A DNA stretch of 64,000 bases from Giardia intestinalis (Eukaryota), in assembly GCA_000002435.2 (NCBI GenBank), contig CM018791.1. The stretch is one strand, 5' to 3'. Of the stretch, positions 1 to 9,015 are shown one piece after another (positions within the stretch are counted from its first letter, which is position 1; every line of letters starts with the position of its first letter). Below the pieces are notes generated by a model, which ran no database searches, was not told the origin of the DNA, and saw only the letters and a program-made list of their open reading frames with translations. Position numbers and translations under genes: made by a program.

Positions 1-2605
1 CTATTCGCTGCCTGTCTATTCACGCTCAAACTCTGCGTTACCGCCCACTGAGAGAACCCGAGTAGAGATAAGTGGATTGACAAAACTTCCCATAACATCC
101 CCTCAGCAGGCGCAACAAGTATTAGAAAGAGCCAATTCAAACAAAGTCGTGGCCAGTAACAGAATTAACCAGCACTCATCTAGATCTCATACAATCTTAA
201 TTATAACCATTAACTACACATTCAGGACTACTGAGGCCCCCAACCTACTGCACCAGCGTAGTTCGAAGCTCCATATTGCAGACCTGGCCGGCTCTGAGTC
301 TATACTCCGGACTCGGGCTGAAGGCGAGCGTCTCACTGAGTCAAAATACATCAATACATCCCTGCTGGCACTGGGTAAAATAATCAACCAGCTTTCAACT
401 GACTGCAGCCACAAGCCTGCGGAGTACACCACGCTTTTAAGCAAAAACTCCTATGCCTTGCTTTCTCCTTGCAAGCACATTTCATACAGAGACTCTTTGC
501 TGACCCGCATACTCCAGAACTGTCTGAGCGGTGATTCTATAACCGCGATTCTAGTACATTTCAATCCAGACCTGTACTCCTTACATGAGAGCCTATCTAC
601 ACTTAAGTTTGCCACAAGAGCAGCACACGTGAGGACGTCGCCAATGCAATCGGAGTCTGTCCTCAGTGAAAACGTTGTGCCAGGCACTACAGCTTCTTCT
701 GCTGACTCTTGCATTTCTACCGAGCAAGACCTGGATATTTATCAGCTGAGAACCACTAGTATCTATAAAGATTCTTCCACTGCGCTTTGTATTAGCGAGC
801 TTCGGTCTCTTATCAAGACTCTTTATACCAGTGGTCAAGCTGCTATCTCTTCTAAACAACTTGCAATCCTAGCTTGCGCATTAGACAGCACCCTCAGTGA
901 CGAGGCTCTATGCTATGAAGTCGCTCGGTGCACAACTGGTCAGGAGGAATCCGTCAGCACCTTATCATCTTCGGTATCTGAAACACCCGTGCAAGATGTG
1001 CGTAAGAAACTTTCGTTTATCGTAGCAGATCCACAGGCTGAGGAAATCCAGCGTCTTCTGTCACTCAATATCAGGGAATATATTCCTACAGAGACATTTA
1101 ATCGGACAGTCAAAGAGATAAACGCGTCCCTTTCAGAGCTGTACGAAAGGATTGAGAGTAGGGACCCTTCTACTTTTTGTACCATTCTTGCAAATATGAA
1201 TGACGTCCTCAAAGCGTCCTACAAGTGGATTTGCATTGTTTCCGTTTTGCGAATCCGTGTAGGTGGAGAGACGCTTTTAGTACATGCGATCTCACACGAT
1301 TTTCTGTCCGTTGTAGAACCCTTGCTTAGGGTGTCACCACCTCTGGCGACCGAGAAGGATCAAGACGGGTTCTTCCCGCTTCACAGATTGATGCGGATTG
1401 CACCGAAAACACTGGATGCACAGCTGTTCATTAAAACATTAACCACCTTATTCGAATACAGTCCAGAAAATGTTATACTAGAGCAAGCTCCCGACGGCAA
1501 GGATCTTGTGAGAGAATTTGTAGAAATCTGCTCTGTAATTGACGACGAGTTTGGGGCAGCAATCCTACGTGCCTTTGTAGCAGAAGAAGTTGATCTGGTG
1601 TGTTCTTCCTCAGTGGGTCGCAATGTGCCTGGAAGGGACTCTGATAGGCAGCATCTTATATCAATACTAATAGAGCTTGATATGCCGATGTGTGTAGGAT
1701 GTGTCTTTCAGACAATGAAAGCCAAATTGGAACCCTTGGTGACTTCCCACTTGTCGGACCATGTGCTCAAATCATGCCTAGACTTGCTCAATAGCTGCTC
1801 GTTTGATGTCCTCCTGCAGTCCTGCTTCTTGCATGACAGAGGCGAGATCCTACAACACGTTCTCGACAGTTTGGGGACGCCCTATAGAATTGCACTCATA
1901 ATCATGTCTGCTAAATGCATTGCACTATCGCTGACGGAGGGACGATACATCTGTACAGCCATTGCATTACGAATGTTATATGATCAGAACACAGGTACTA
2001 AGTCCAATGAACCAGAGTCTAACGAATCTTCGTATGCAGTTGCATTGAGAATATTCTTTTCGCAGGAGGTCCAATGTGATAAGAAAAGCATGTTTGCGTT
2101 TGCCAGGGGATTCTTGGACAAGTGTGCAGCGTATCCAATGCCAATACATGCTCATACTCAAAGAGGCTGTACGGCGCTCCTGGAACTCCTTGTAGAGGAT
2201 TTTCCTGGCAAACGGAAGTTTACTTGCATTCAGCAGGTCTATGAAGTTCTGCTTGAGCTTCAACGATGTAGCGTTCCCAGTGTTGAGGAATATGAACAAA
2301 TTCTTTGCGGCTGGGACAAGCTCTCACCCACTCTTGTTCGCCAGGAGAAGCTAGGTAACTATGACTTTTGTGAGCTATGCATCAGGACGCTGAACCCCCT
2401 GGCATTCGAGGTCATGGCGGCTAAGCTCCTCAACATCGATTCCGTTCTGGGTGCGCTTCAGCGATTTCAGTGTCTGTTTCCAGCAACAATGGAAAAGTGT
2501 CGCCAACTTGTGGGGAGTAGCGAGGACTGGGGAGTATTCTTTACTAAATTAAAAATGAAAAATGATCGCACCACAGACGATTGGCCCGGACCACGGTGCA
2601 ACTAA
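1..2605 (+). CDS. Kinesin-like motor protein, 5'-truncated by the window edge: C-terminal half of the motor domain followed by a ~700-aa tail
   Basis: The reading frame is open from nt 2 to the stop at 2603-2605. The translation has kinesin switch I (NRINQHSSRSHTIL = NxxSSRSH), switch II (LHIADLAGSE = DLAGSE) and the GERLTESKYINTSLLALGKIINQLS block. The ORF-track start at 77 is a TTG, so the true start lies upstream of the window. Confidence 0.8.
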   Translation, partial: YSLPVYSRSNSALPPTERTRVEISGLTKLPITSPQQAQQVLERANSNKVVASNRINQHSSRSHTILIITINYTFRTTEAPNLLHQRSSKLHIADLAGSESILRTRAEGERLTESKYINTSLLALGKIINQLSTDCSHKPAEYTTLLSKNSYALLSPCKHISYRDSLLTRILQNCLSGDSITAILVHFNPDLYSLHESLSTLKFATRAAHVRTSPMQSESVLSENVVPGTTASSADSCISTEQDLDIYQLRTTSIYKDSSTALCISELRSLIKTLYTSGQAAISSKQLAILACALDSTLSDEALCYEVARCTTGQEESVSTLSSSVSETPVQDVRKKLSFIVADPQAEEIQRLLSLNIREYIPTETFNRTVKEINASLSELYERIESRDPSTFCTILANMNDVLKASYKWICIVSVLRIRVGGETLLVHAISHDFLSVVEPLLRVSPPLATEKDQDGFFPLHRLMRIAPKTLDAQLFIKTLTTLFEYSPENVILEQAPDGKDLVREFVEICSVIDDEFGAAILRAFVAEEVDLVCSSSVGRNVPGRDSDRQHLISILIELDMPMCVGCVFQTMKAKLEPLVTSHLSDHVLKSCLDLLNSCSFDVLLQSCFLHDRGEILQHVLDSLGTPYRIALIIMSAKCIALSLTEGRYICTAIALRMLYDQNTGTKSNEPESNESSYAVALRIFFSQEVQCDKKSMFAFARGFLDKCAAYPMPIHAHTQRGCTALLELLVEDFPGKRKFTCIQQVYEVLLELQRCSVPSVEEYEQILCGWDKLSPTLVRQEKLGNYDFCELCIRTLNPLAFEVMAAKLLNIDSVLGALQRFQCLFPATMEKCRQLVGSSEDWGVFFTKLKMKNDRTTDDWPGPRCN

Positions 2606-2897
2606 GCAAAGATTGGGGGTTACTAGTATCAAGACTTCTATAGGGGAGCTATATGTGCAGCAGCATATAGACAGCGCGCTAGTGACCATCTCGGAGACGG
2701 GTAAAATCAGTCATGTGATTCGTGTTGTTTCTGTTGGATCTCAGCCGGAAACCACCATTCTATTTGGAAGCAGGTGCGAGACAGATCTTAGGCTCTTGGC
2801 CCGGGAGCTTTGGCGGAAGCTTGGCTGCGAGGTTATTCTTTGCATAGGTGTCCAGAAACGAGCGTATCCAGAGTTAAAGAAGATCCTTAATCTATAG
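2562..2897 (+). CDS. Possible small (111-aa) protein gene in the unusually long kinesin/DPP III spacer; uncertain
   Basis: ATG at 2562 overlaps the last 44 nt of the kinesin gene in another frame. The ORF fills a 325-bp gap, which is long for this locus. No recognisable motif. Confidence 0.2.
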   Translation: MIAPQTIGPDHGATKQRLGVTSIKTSIGELYVQQHIDSALVTISETGKISHVIRVVSVGSQPETTILFGSRCETDLRLLARELWRKLGCEVILCIGVQKRAYPELKKILNL

Positions 2898-2930
2898 CTA
2901 GCTTTTACTGTGAATTATTCAATTTTTCTA

Positions 2931-5036
2931 ATGCCTAACGAATGCCCATCTGGAGCTTTCACGGTCAACCTGAAGCCATCGCAGAGCTTCGCTAAGCTCA
3001 CTGAACGACAGCAGCAGTATGCTACGTTCCTCTCCCTCGCCGCCTTTGCTGGAGCCCCCGTCCTCTTCGATCAATGCTCCCAGCACACGCGCCGCATCCA
3101 CGCGTTCCTTGCGGAGTACTTGAAGATCCACATAGAGGCGCCTGACAGGGGAGCCGCACTGAAGACTGTTGAAACTGCAGTTGGGGTAGATAACCGCGAA
3201 ACACTCCAGTATCTGCACGACTACGCTGGACACTTTTACTTCAATTGCTCTGAGTATCTCGGTCTAGGGGATACGAAATTCATCCCACGCTGCACTAAGG
3301 AGAGCTTAGAAGTCGTGGTCAAGCTTCTGGGAGAGTCAACACACAAGGGAACAGGGCTCGTTGATGCTTTCTATACAGCGAGGGACGGAATGTACGATAC
3401 AGCGCCCGAGCAGCTTTCGCTTGGCTTCCACCCAGCGGGATGCACAGCATACTACCAGCCGGCGGACTTCTCAGAGAGCGAGGCCAAGCAGATCAACGAT
3501 CTGATGACGGCGAAGAAGATGATGCATGAAAACTCTCATGTGATACGCCACGACACCTGGTACGAGATCTCCCTCGCCTCCGTTGAGGTTGCAGAGAGGG
3601 GTGAGCCAATAGGAGTTTGCAACGGCAAGGAGGTTCACGTGACCCGCGGACGAGGGTCTGCAGAGCTGGCCAAGGCATGCTACTGGCTCAAGAAGGCGCG
3701 AGACTTCGCCGACAACGACTCGCAGAGGAAGATGCTTGATGCCCTCGTCGAGCACTACAGGACAGGGGACTGCGACCTCCACAAGAGATACTCGGAGCAC
3801 TGGGTCCAGGATAAGGACGTCACTGTTGAAACGTACCAAGGCTTCGTGGAGACGTACCGCGACCCCAGCGGTGTTCGCGCCGAGTATGAGGCCTTCGTCG
3901 CATGTGTCGACCCCGATGTCTCCAAGGCCCTGCACAACTTGGTGGAGCGTGCCTCAGAGATACTCCCCCTTCTTCCTTACCCACGTGCCCTGGAGAGAGA
4001 CAAGTTTATCCCGCCCGTCTACAACGCTATCAACATTCTATGTTTCCTTAATACATTTAGCCCAATAGGCATAAACATACCCAATTACGATGACACGCGT
4101 AGAGATATTGGCTTCAAAAACGTTACGCTCCACAATGTACTGATGAAAGCAGGCCCAGCAAGGATCCTCATTGACTTTGTTCCACAAGAACATAGAGAAG
4201 CATATAGCAAGGATCTCAGTACAGCGATGTTCTTAAACGTCGCACTCCACGAACTCTTCGGACATGGGACAACAAAGCTCCTACAGGAGAGCGATCTGCA
4301 GAACGGGATTTTGAATCCTCTAGATGAGAATGGAGGGAAGCTAACAACATGCTACAAGGATGGAGAGACGTACTCAAGCGTCTTTGGAGCAATGAGCAAT
4401 GCCTTCGAGGAGTGCAAAGCAGAGACGACGTCAATGTGCCTCTGCACAGAGGAGATAGTACTGCGTATATTCAATATTGCTCCAATGCGTTTTAACACCA
4501 TGAGACTTGCGCTAATGTACGAAATGATATGTCATGCCTTCACAAATCTTCCCCTCTACAATCCTGCCACTAACACCTGGCTCCAAGCACACGCACAAGG
4601 GCGTTTTTGCATACTCCAGGCCTGTCTGAAGTGGGCCCCTAACTCTATTAAGTTGGTGGAAGCGTGTGATTCGAACGGTAATCTGATGTCGCTACTGGTT
4701 CATATTATTGAATCAGAAATAAGCACTATAGTCAGTGCATGCAAAAAGCTATTATTACATATTGCAACCTACAAGGCTTCTGCTAACGTGGAGGCCGCTC
4801 AAAAGTTCTTCAAGGAAATGACTCATATGTCACCTGAATGGCTGAAGAGAAGGGAGTATGTTTGCAGCATCAAACGTCCAAGCGCACTGTATTGCGATTC
4901 GATGATCAAGACTGTCACACAACAGGATGGTGCATTGAGATACACACTTGCTGACACATGTGCGCTTGATGATCCCACACCATTGGATGTTGCTGTCGGG
5001 CTTTGTAACAACATCCTTGTTTCCTCTGCTAACTGA
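2931..5036 (+). CDS. Dipeptidyl-peptidase III (zinc metallopeptidase family M49)
   Basis: The ORF-track start at 2910 is GTG; the first ATG is at 2931 (MPNECPSGAF). It has the M49-specific six-residue zinc motif HELFGH (HEXXGH) and the second motif EECKAE (EECRAE) about 50 aa downstream. The ~700-aa length matches DPP III. Confidence 0.85.
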   Translation: MPNECPSGAFTVNLKPSQSFAKLTERQQQYATFLSLAAFAGAPVLFDQCSQHTRRIHAFLAEYLKIHIEAPDRGAALKTVETAVGVDNRETLQYLHDYAGHFYFNCSEYLGLGDTKFIPRCTKESLEVVVKLLGESTHKGTGLVDAFYTARDGMYDTAPEQLSLGFHPAGCTAYYQPADFSESEAKQINDLMTAKKMMHENSHVIRHDTWYEISLASVEVAERGEPIGVCNGKEVHVTRGRGSAELAKACYWLKKARDFADNDSQRKMLDALVEHYRTGDCDLHKRYSEHWVQDKDVTVETYQGFVETYRDPSGVRAEYEAFVACVDPDVSKALHNLVERASEILPLLPYPRALERDKFIPPVYNAINILCFLNTFSPIGINIPNYDDTRRDIGFKNVTLHNVLMKAGPARILIDFVPQEHREAYSKDLSTAMFLNVALHELFGHGTTKLLQESDLQNGILNPLDENGGKLTTCYKDGETYSSVFGAMSNAFEECKAETTSMCLCTEEIVLRIFNIAPMRFNTMRLALMYEMICHAFTNLPLYNPATNTWLQAHAQGRFCILQACLKWAPNSIKLVEACDSNGNLMSLLVHIIESEISTIVSACKKLLLHIATYKASANVEAAQKFFKEMTHMSPEWLKRREYVCSIKRPSALYCDSMIKTVTQQDGALRYTLADTCALDDPTPLDVAVGLCNNILVSSAN

Positions 5037-7562
5037 CTATACAGTGTCTATATTCTCGAGCTTAATCAGCAACTGCTTGTGAATCATGTGGCTTCTTTTC
5101 AAAGCGCGGAGATACTCTAGTTGATCAGCTTTAGCTGTGACACCCTTCTCTGCCAGTACAGTACAGAGCTTGGCAAACAGGTCCCTGGTGCGCTGCTTGA
5201 CTGCAGTGGCTATGTAGCCATCCGTATCTGAGTAAGCGGCGCTCACACTCATTAGAGTGCACAAGATATGACACTCAGATAGCTGTCTGATAATCTGATC
5301 TATTTCAGAAGAAAGGGTGAGTTGCGCAGACATCCTGCTGTACTCGAAGAATGCGTTAAGTGTCTGCTTTAGCAAGTGGATTATTCTATTGATGTATTCG
5401 TGCAAAATGGGGTCCGATGTCTCTAGGCCAACACCTAGTTGGAGAGACAGGATAGTCTCAAAGAGACAACCCATAGCGTAGGCCTCTGGCTGTGCAATCA
5501 TGTCGATAAAAGATTGTGCATGATTTGTTTTCTTTCTAATACCATGACGGGAGTGGATTTGGTTGTACTTAAGCTTTAAGAGAACCTGGAAATCACCGTA
5601 AATAGCCTCCAGCTGGGCTTCAATCAACTCCAGAATGTAGGCTTTGATGGAGAGCATGCCCTCTCTGACAGCCACTCCGTGGCTAAGAAAGCGTTGCTCT
5701 AGGGCTTCTATAGCGTTGCTCAATAGAACCAGTGTTGGTATGTGCTGTTGTAGTAGAGGACACATTTCTATAGCGGAACGTATAAAGACCTCTATTGGGG
5801 TGAGTGTATGTAAAAGAATGGCGTGCTCAAACTCCTGGATAAATGCCTTTTCTGCCCCCGTGGATAGACTATCAAAAAGGGCGCTTTTCAGCTCTTTCCA
5901 TTGCTGAAACACAGTGAGAAGTAGCTGCAGAAATACAAACTCTAGGGGGACTTGCCGATGGACACGTTTCTTGGATCCTGATGAGGCAAATAGAGCCATG
6001 TCGCTAGATTGGGTGCCATCTATGTTTGTAGTCTTTATGAGCTTGGATAGATTGATGGTATTCCAGTGTCTGAGCTTCTCCACAATCAGACTCCTGTCTA
6101 TAAAGAATCTGTATCCGTAAAATACAGGTCCAAGCAACGCTGGAGCCAGGTTGAACTTGGCTAGCTTTCTATCCATGGCATACAGATACTCCCCAAACCT
6201 GTCATAATATCTCGTTGCCGCCATGGTAAGTAATACTTTATCACAGTCTGGATTGAAATTGAGGGTGCGTGCCTTCCATGTCCAGCACTCTTCCGATTGA
6301 ATTTCTAATCGTTTCATGATCAAGTAAGTTAGGTGCGAGGACTCTGAGTATGGTCGCTGCTCCCCATCCATGCACAGATTGCAGAAGGGCTCAAACACAG
6401 AGAATAGGGTGATAGGTGGGAGCTTCCATTGCTGCTCTCTCGGTGCACTGGACAGTATGCTCTGAAATCCTGACTTCAGTATGGACAAGTAGCCCTGCTT
6501 CTTTGCCTTCCGTTCCAGTGCGTGCAATAGTTCTGCAAGGCTCAAGGATAGATCGGAGGGCTGTGGTGTGAGGGTTAATTGAAGTCTAGTGGAGTAAATC
6601 TGATTTTCGTTACATTCTAAATCATTAGTAGTGAAGCTGGAATCTGGGTAAAGTTGGCGGGCCACTGAGTTCGCTCTACTTCTTTCCAACGATTGAGGCG
6701 AGCTAGCACGAGACTTCACAGCAGGTGTTTGCACGGTTGACTGCGCTCGACTAACCCGTGCGCTTTCTGTCAGAGTTTGAGAACATCGTGCAGACCTGGC
6801 TGCTCGTCTACTCATCGCTCGCCGAGCCTGTGATGAAGCCCTGTGTTTGGTAATACAGGTCTGACAGAACCGCTCTTCGAGCTCTTTAAACGAATAGAAT
6901 TCAATCCCAGTAAAATCACAATGGATTGATGGATTGTTTGAGATTGCTCCCATCTGATGCACGCTCTCCTCAGCGCTGCCTAGCAGAAAGGCAGAAATAA
7001 CCATCCCCAAAATCCACCGAAATGTCGAGCAGGTTTGGAATAGTATCAAGAACCATCTGCTCTGGACGCTGTGGCTTCTGATCCGATGCAAATACTCGGA
7101 TAAAGACTGCTGAGATTTAAACAGCGAGGTATGGCGCTCTAGAGAAGAACCATGCCGAGCTCTGTGATTGGTCTGAAAAATCCCCAGAGGAATCTGACAT
7201 GATTCCACAAAGGAGTGTAGAAAGTCGACAGCAACGGGCCAGAGGAACGACGTGTCATCCAAAATCTCGTCTATTTCCTTAGACAAAGTCGAGAAAAGTA
7301 TGTTTGCAAGCACGGGAGGCATGTACTCATTGTCTGCTTTCAAAGGAACAGTCAGATCGCACTTTTCGTTGAGTAGAAGATACGCATAGAATGACCTAGG
7401 TGATTGCGTCTGTGCATCGACAACAGTGTCGAGCAGTGAAAAGGAATCCAGGCTGTCTTTAATGGTAGGTTCGACTAGATTCAAGAGCTCTTCTGCTGCC
7501 TGACGAACAGACGTCAGCATTTTTTCCATGCCCTCGTAACCAAGGGGTCCAATGGGTAGCAA
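5037..7562 (-). CDS. Hypothetical 841-aa mostly alpha-helical protein (possibly a tethering/scaffold subunit; unassigned)
   Basis: Long uninterrupted ORF with an ATG start at 7560-7562. It sits 16 nt downstream of the preceding minus-strand gene. No diagnostic motif recognised. Confidence 0.6.
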   Translation of the reverse strand: MLPIGPLGYEGMEKMLTSVRQAAEELLNLVEPTIKDSLDSFSLLDTVVDAQTQSPRSFYAYLLLNEKCDLTVPLKADNEYMPPVLANILFSTLSKEIDEILDDTSFLWPVAVDFLHSFVESCQIPLGIFQTNHRARHGSSLERHTSLFKSQQSLSEYLHRIRSHSVQSRWFLILFQTCSTFRWILGMVISAFLLGSAEESVHQMGAISNNPSIHCDFTGIEFYSFKELEERFCQTCITKHRASSQARRAMSRRAARSARCSQTLTESARVSRAQSTVQTPAVKSRASSPQSLERSRANSVARQLYPDSSFTTNDLECNENQIYSTRLQLTLTPQPSDLSLSLAELLHALERKAKKQGYLSILKSGFQSILSSAPREQQWKLPPITLFSVFEPFCNLCMDGEQRPYSESSHLTYLIMKRLEIQSEECWTWKARTLNFNPDCDKVLLTMAATRYYDRFGEYLYAMDRKLAKFNLAPALLGPVFYGYRFFIDRSLIVEKLRHWNTINLSKLIKTTNIDGTQSSDMALFASSGSKKRVHRQVPLEFVFLQLLLTVFQQWKELKSALFDSLSTGAEKAFIQEFEHAILLHTLTPIEVFIRSAIEMCPLLQQHIPTLVLLSNAIEALEQRFLSHGVAVREGMLSIKAYILELIEAQLEAIYGDFQVLLKLKYNQIHSRHGIRKKTNHAQSFIDMIAQPEAYAMGCLFETILSLQLGVGLETSDPILHEYINRIIHLLKQTLNAFFEYSRMSAQLTLSSEIDQIIRQLSECHILCTLMSVSAAYSDTDGYIATAVKQRTRDLFAKLCTVLAEKGVTAKADQLEYLRALKRSHMIHKQLLIKLENIDTV

Positions 7563-7578
7563 AGGTCGAGTTTACTTA

Positions 7579-8214
7579 TCACAACTTTCTAGAAGCCCCT
7601 GTAAATGTAGAGTCTCCTCCGTGCGATGCTCCCGCTTTGTACGAATCATTGAGAAGCTTTAAGATACTGTCGCATTGACTAGGATGGCCAGAATATTTCA
7701 AAGCTCCCGATCCATCATAAATAAATGCATGAGGGATGCCGTTAATGTTCTCCCGGGATGCTAGTGCCTTGACGTCGCCCGACGAATCTACTGCAAGGTT
7801 GTAGTCCTTTGTAGCTGGAATCTTCGAGGCGAAACTTCTAACTGTCGCCTCGTCTTCATCAGAAACGCTGAGAATGTATACATTCTTATACTTCTTAGCC
7901 ATTTTGGAGAGATGAGGAATCATCGCGCGGCAAGGGGGGCACCACGTGGCAAACTTTTCGATCATAATGGGTTGGCCATATTGGTACTCAGATACTTTGT
8001 TGATGTACGTCAATTTTTGCAGGTTGACAGGAAGCCGAGCAGAGGCCATCGGATCAAAGGTTCCTATTTTTTTCTTGGACGGACTCGACTGTGCTCCTGT
8101 AGCCCCATCATGATTGCTTCCCAAAGCTGGCTTCTTGCCCATCACAAAAGCATAGATCACCGCGTAGATCCTGAGGACAAAGGCCTTGATGGCATCGACG
8201 AGCCAATGCCCCAT
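7579..8214 (-). CDS. Thioredoxin-fold protein with N-terminal hydrophobic anchor
   Basis: WCPPCR active-site motif (WCxPC) in the context FATWCPPCRAMIPHLSKMAKKY. N-terminal hydrophobic segment AIKAFVLRIYAVIYAFV. Confidence 0.7.
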   Translation of the reverse strand: MGHWLVDAIKAFVLRIYAVIYAFVMGKKPALGSNHDGATGAQSSPSKKKIGTFDPMASARLPVNLQKLTYINKVSEYQYGQPIMIEKFATWCPPCRAMIPHLSKMAKKYKNVYILSVSDEDEATVRSFASKIPATKDYNLAVDSSGDVKALASRENINGIPHAFIYDGSGALKYSGHPSQCDSILKLLNDSYKAGASHGGDSTFTGASRKL

Positions 8215-8304
8215 CTCAAGCTTTTATTGATTTTTTGAAAGGAATGGCAAGCGGATAAAGCAGGGCCTTTGGTGCATGTACTTTTGGGATGCCCAATAAG
8301 GTTC

Positions 8305-9015
8305 TCAGCGGTACATATTGGAGAGACTAGCAAATTGTATTTCCATCAGCTCCTCCTCTGCTACTTCCGTCTCCAGTGCCACAAGCAACGCACTCTTTCT
8401 TTCACTAACAGATGTGACTATGTTTTTGCGCACGTGCTGAAGAAGGTTGGCTTCGAAGTCCGTTCGTGGGCCTCGCGTGGCCATTTCTAACTGCTCTTTC
8501 AATGACTCCAGCATTCTAACTACTGTTTCATGTGTCTCCTTGGCAATTATATACCTCAAGCGAAATGCATCGCAGAGAGCAAAAAGGTCCTTAGCCACCA
8601 TACACCTCTGTACCCCATCCTCAAGAGACAGGCCTCTTGCAGTGATAAAGGTATCCCCTGACTGCTTCTCCTGCTCCTTGCGATGCATTATTGACAAGGA
8701 GGAAGAGGCGTTCTCTACGTTATTTGTTGGCTCAGGTTCGACTGCCTTGACGTGCGTGGAGAGGGACTGCGAAAGCGCATTCAACACACCCACACTCAGC
8801 CGAGTTGCCTGAGATGGGACTATTGCGCAGATCTTTGTACACGGAGTAAGGGAGTATGGAGTAAGGGGTCCGTTGCGAGATATCCGCTTGAGACGGTATA
8901 TCGTGCAGGCCGAAGACGGAATACCGGTCTCCCTTTCTGTCCTCTTCTTAAGCTCAGCCACTGTCAACGGCCTGTTGGCCTCGATGGAGCTTATTCCAAG
9001 GAACGTCTCAATCAT
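8305..9015 (-). CDS. Hypothetical 236-aa protein
   Basis: ORF with a true ATG at 9013-9015. That ATG overlaps the stop of the upstream lipase gene in the sequence ATGATTGA. Confidence 0.5.
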   Translation of the reverse strand: MIETFLGISSIEANRPLTVAELKKRTERETGIPSSACTIYRLKRISRNGPLTPYSLTPCTKICAIVPSQATRLSVGVLNALSQSLSTHVKAVEPEPTNNVENASSSLSIMHRKEQEKQSGDTFITARGLSLEDGVQRCMVAKDLFALCDAFRLRYIIAKETHETVVRMLESLKEQLEMATRGPRTDFEANLLQHVRKNIVTSVSERKSALLVALETEVAEEELMEIQFASLSNMYR

